In this document: piece after piece, positions 63,597 through 64,000 of the stretch
Layout of the letters: each line of letters starts with the position of its first letter
Position numbering within the stretch: the stretch's first letter is position 1
Assembly (NCBI GenBank): GCA_963726325.1
Contig: CAVSCA010000004.1
Coordinates: 8,466-72,465, forward strand
Direction of reading: 5' to 3'
Length of the DNA stretch: 64,000 nucleotides
Origin: an uncultured Actinomycetes bacterium
Lineage (GTDB): Bacteria > Actinomycetota > Coriobacteriia > Anaerosomatales > PHET01
Notes under the pieces: model-generated
What the model was told of the DNA's origin: nothing
What the model saw: only the letters and a program-made list of their open reading frames with translations
The model's database searches: none
Position numbers and translations under genes: made by a program

Positions 63597-64000
63597 CCGG
63601 CCCACTCCAGCACCTGCAGGGCGCGAAGCGTGAGCCACTTGCTCGGCTTGCCCTTCGCCTCGACGTTCGCGCGCATCTTGCCGTTGAAGCTGTTGCGCAT
63701 CGTCCAGCGCATCTGCTCGTCGGCGGCCGAGCGAACCACCTCGATCGCGGGCTGGTACTCGGCACGCGGCTTCTCACCCACGCCCATCAGCGCCGCGAGC
63801 CCCTCGAGCGCGTCCGAGTTGTACGACAGCGGGAACCCGAATCGCATCCACCCCGGCTTGTCGCCGTAGGTGAGCGGGGAGTGCTCGGCGACGAAGCGCT
63901 CGCGTCCGGCGGCGCGCTGGGAGCTGGGCAGCGGCCAGACCTCGGCTTGGAACTGCTTGAACTCCTCGGGAAGCGAGCGGTACACCTCCTTGCTGCGCAG
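63593..64000 (-). CDS. Prenyltransferase/squalene-oxidase-repeat-like hypothetical protein (partial, 5' end outside window)
   Basis: WMRFGFPLSYNSDALE, GKPSKWLTLRAL. Confidence 0.65.
   Translation of the reverse strand: MRSKEVYRSLPEEFKQFQAEVWPLPSSQRAAGRERFVAEHSPLTYGDKPGWMRFGFPLSYNSDALEGLAALMGVGEKPRAEYQPAIEVVRSAADEQMRWTMRNSFNGKMRANVEAKGKPSKWLTLRALQVLEWAG

Noticed and set aside
1..64000. Many frameshifts suggesting mass pseudogenisation or programmed frameshifting
   Set aside because: Indels are scattered across unrelated and essential-type genes with intact motifs and no accumulation of stops; typical of long-read consensus error
1..64000. CRISPR arrays, tRNA/rRNA genes, IS elements or prophage genes
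   Set aside because: None recognisable on reading the sequence

Overview
High-GC bacterial window. GC content and gene complement suggest a monoderm anaerobe, probably Actinomycetota/Coriobacteriia (inference only). Single-base frameshifts are frequent and look like long-read consensus errors, so many genes are split in the ORF track. In order: an mvhDGA-hdrA [NiFe]-hydrogenase/heterodisulfide-reductase operon; typA; a CocE/NonD hydrolase; a teichoic-acid-type tagD/tagF/tagB cluster containing a ~3.2 kb tandem duplication; a NirJ/Ahb-like radical SAM; an arsR-hgcA-hgcB mercury-methylation locus with tandem operators; a NikR-controlled Ni/Co ECF transporter; assorted regulators and membrane proteins; a riboswitch-led tupABC and Mo/W-cofactor biosynthesis cluster (mobA-fdhD fusion, no moaD/moaE); TPR and NHL proteins; and a second riboswitch-led operon. 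That last operon encodes a Tat-exported selenocysteine formate dehydrogenase, an Fe-S subunit and, in place of the usual cytochrome b anchor, a hexaheme cytochrome c with the motif layout of the Geobacter nanowire protein OmcS. This putative formate-dehydrogenase-to-cytochrome-nanowire module is the best candidate for an undescribed system. The hgcAB locus is the second highlight.
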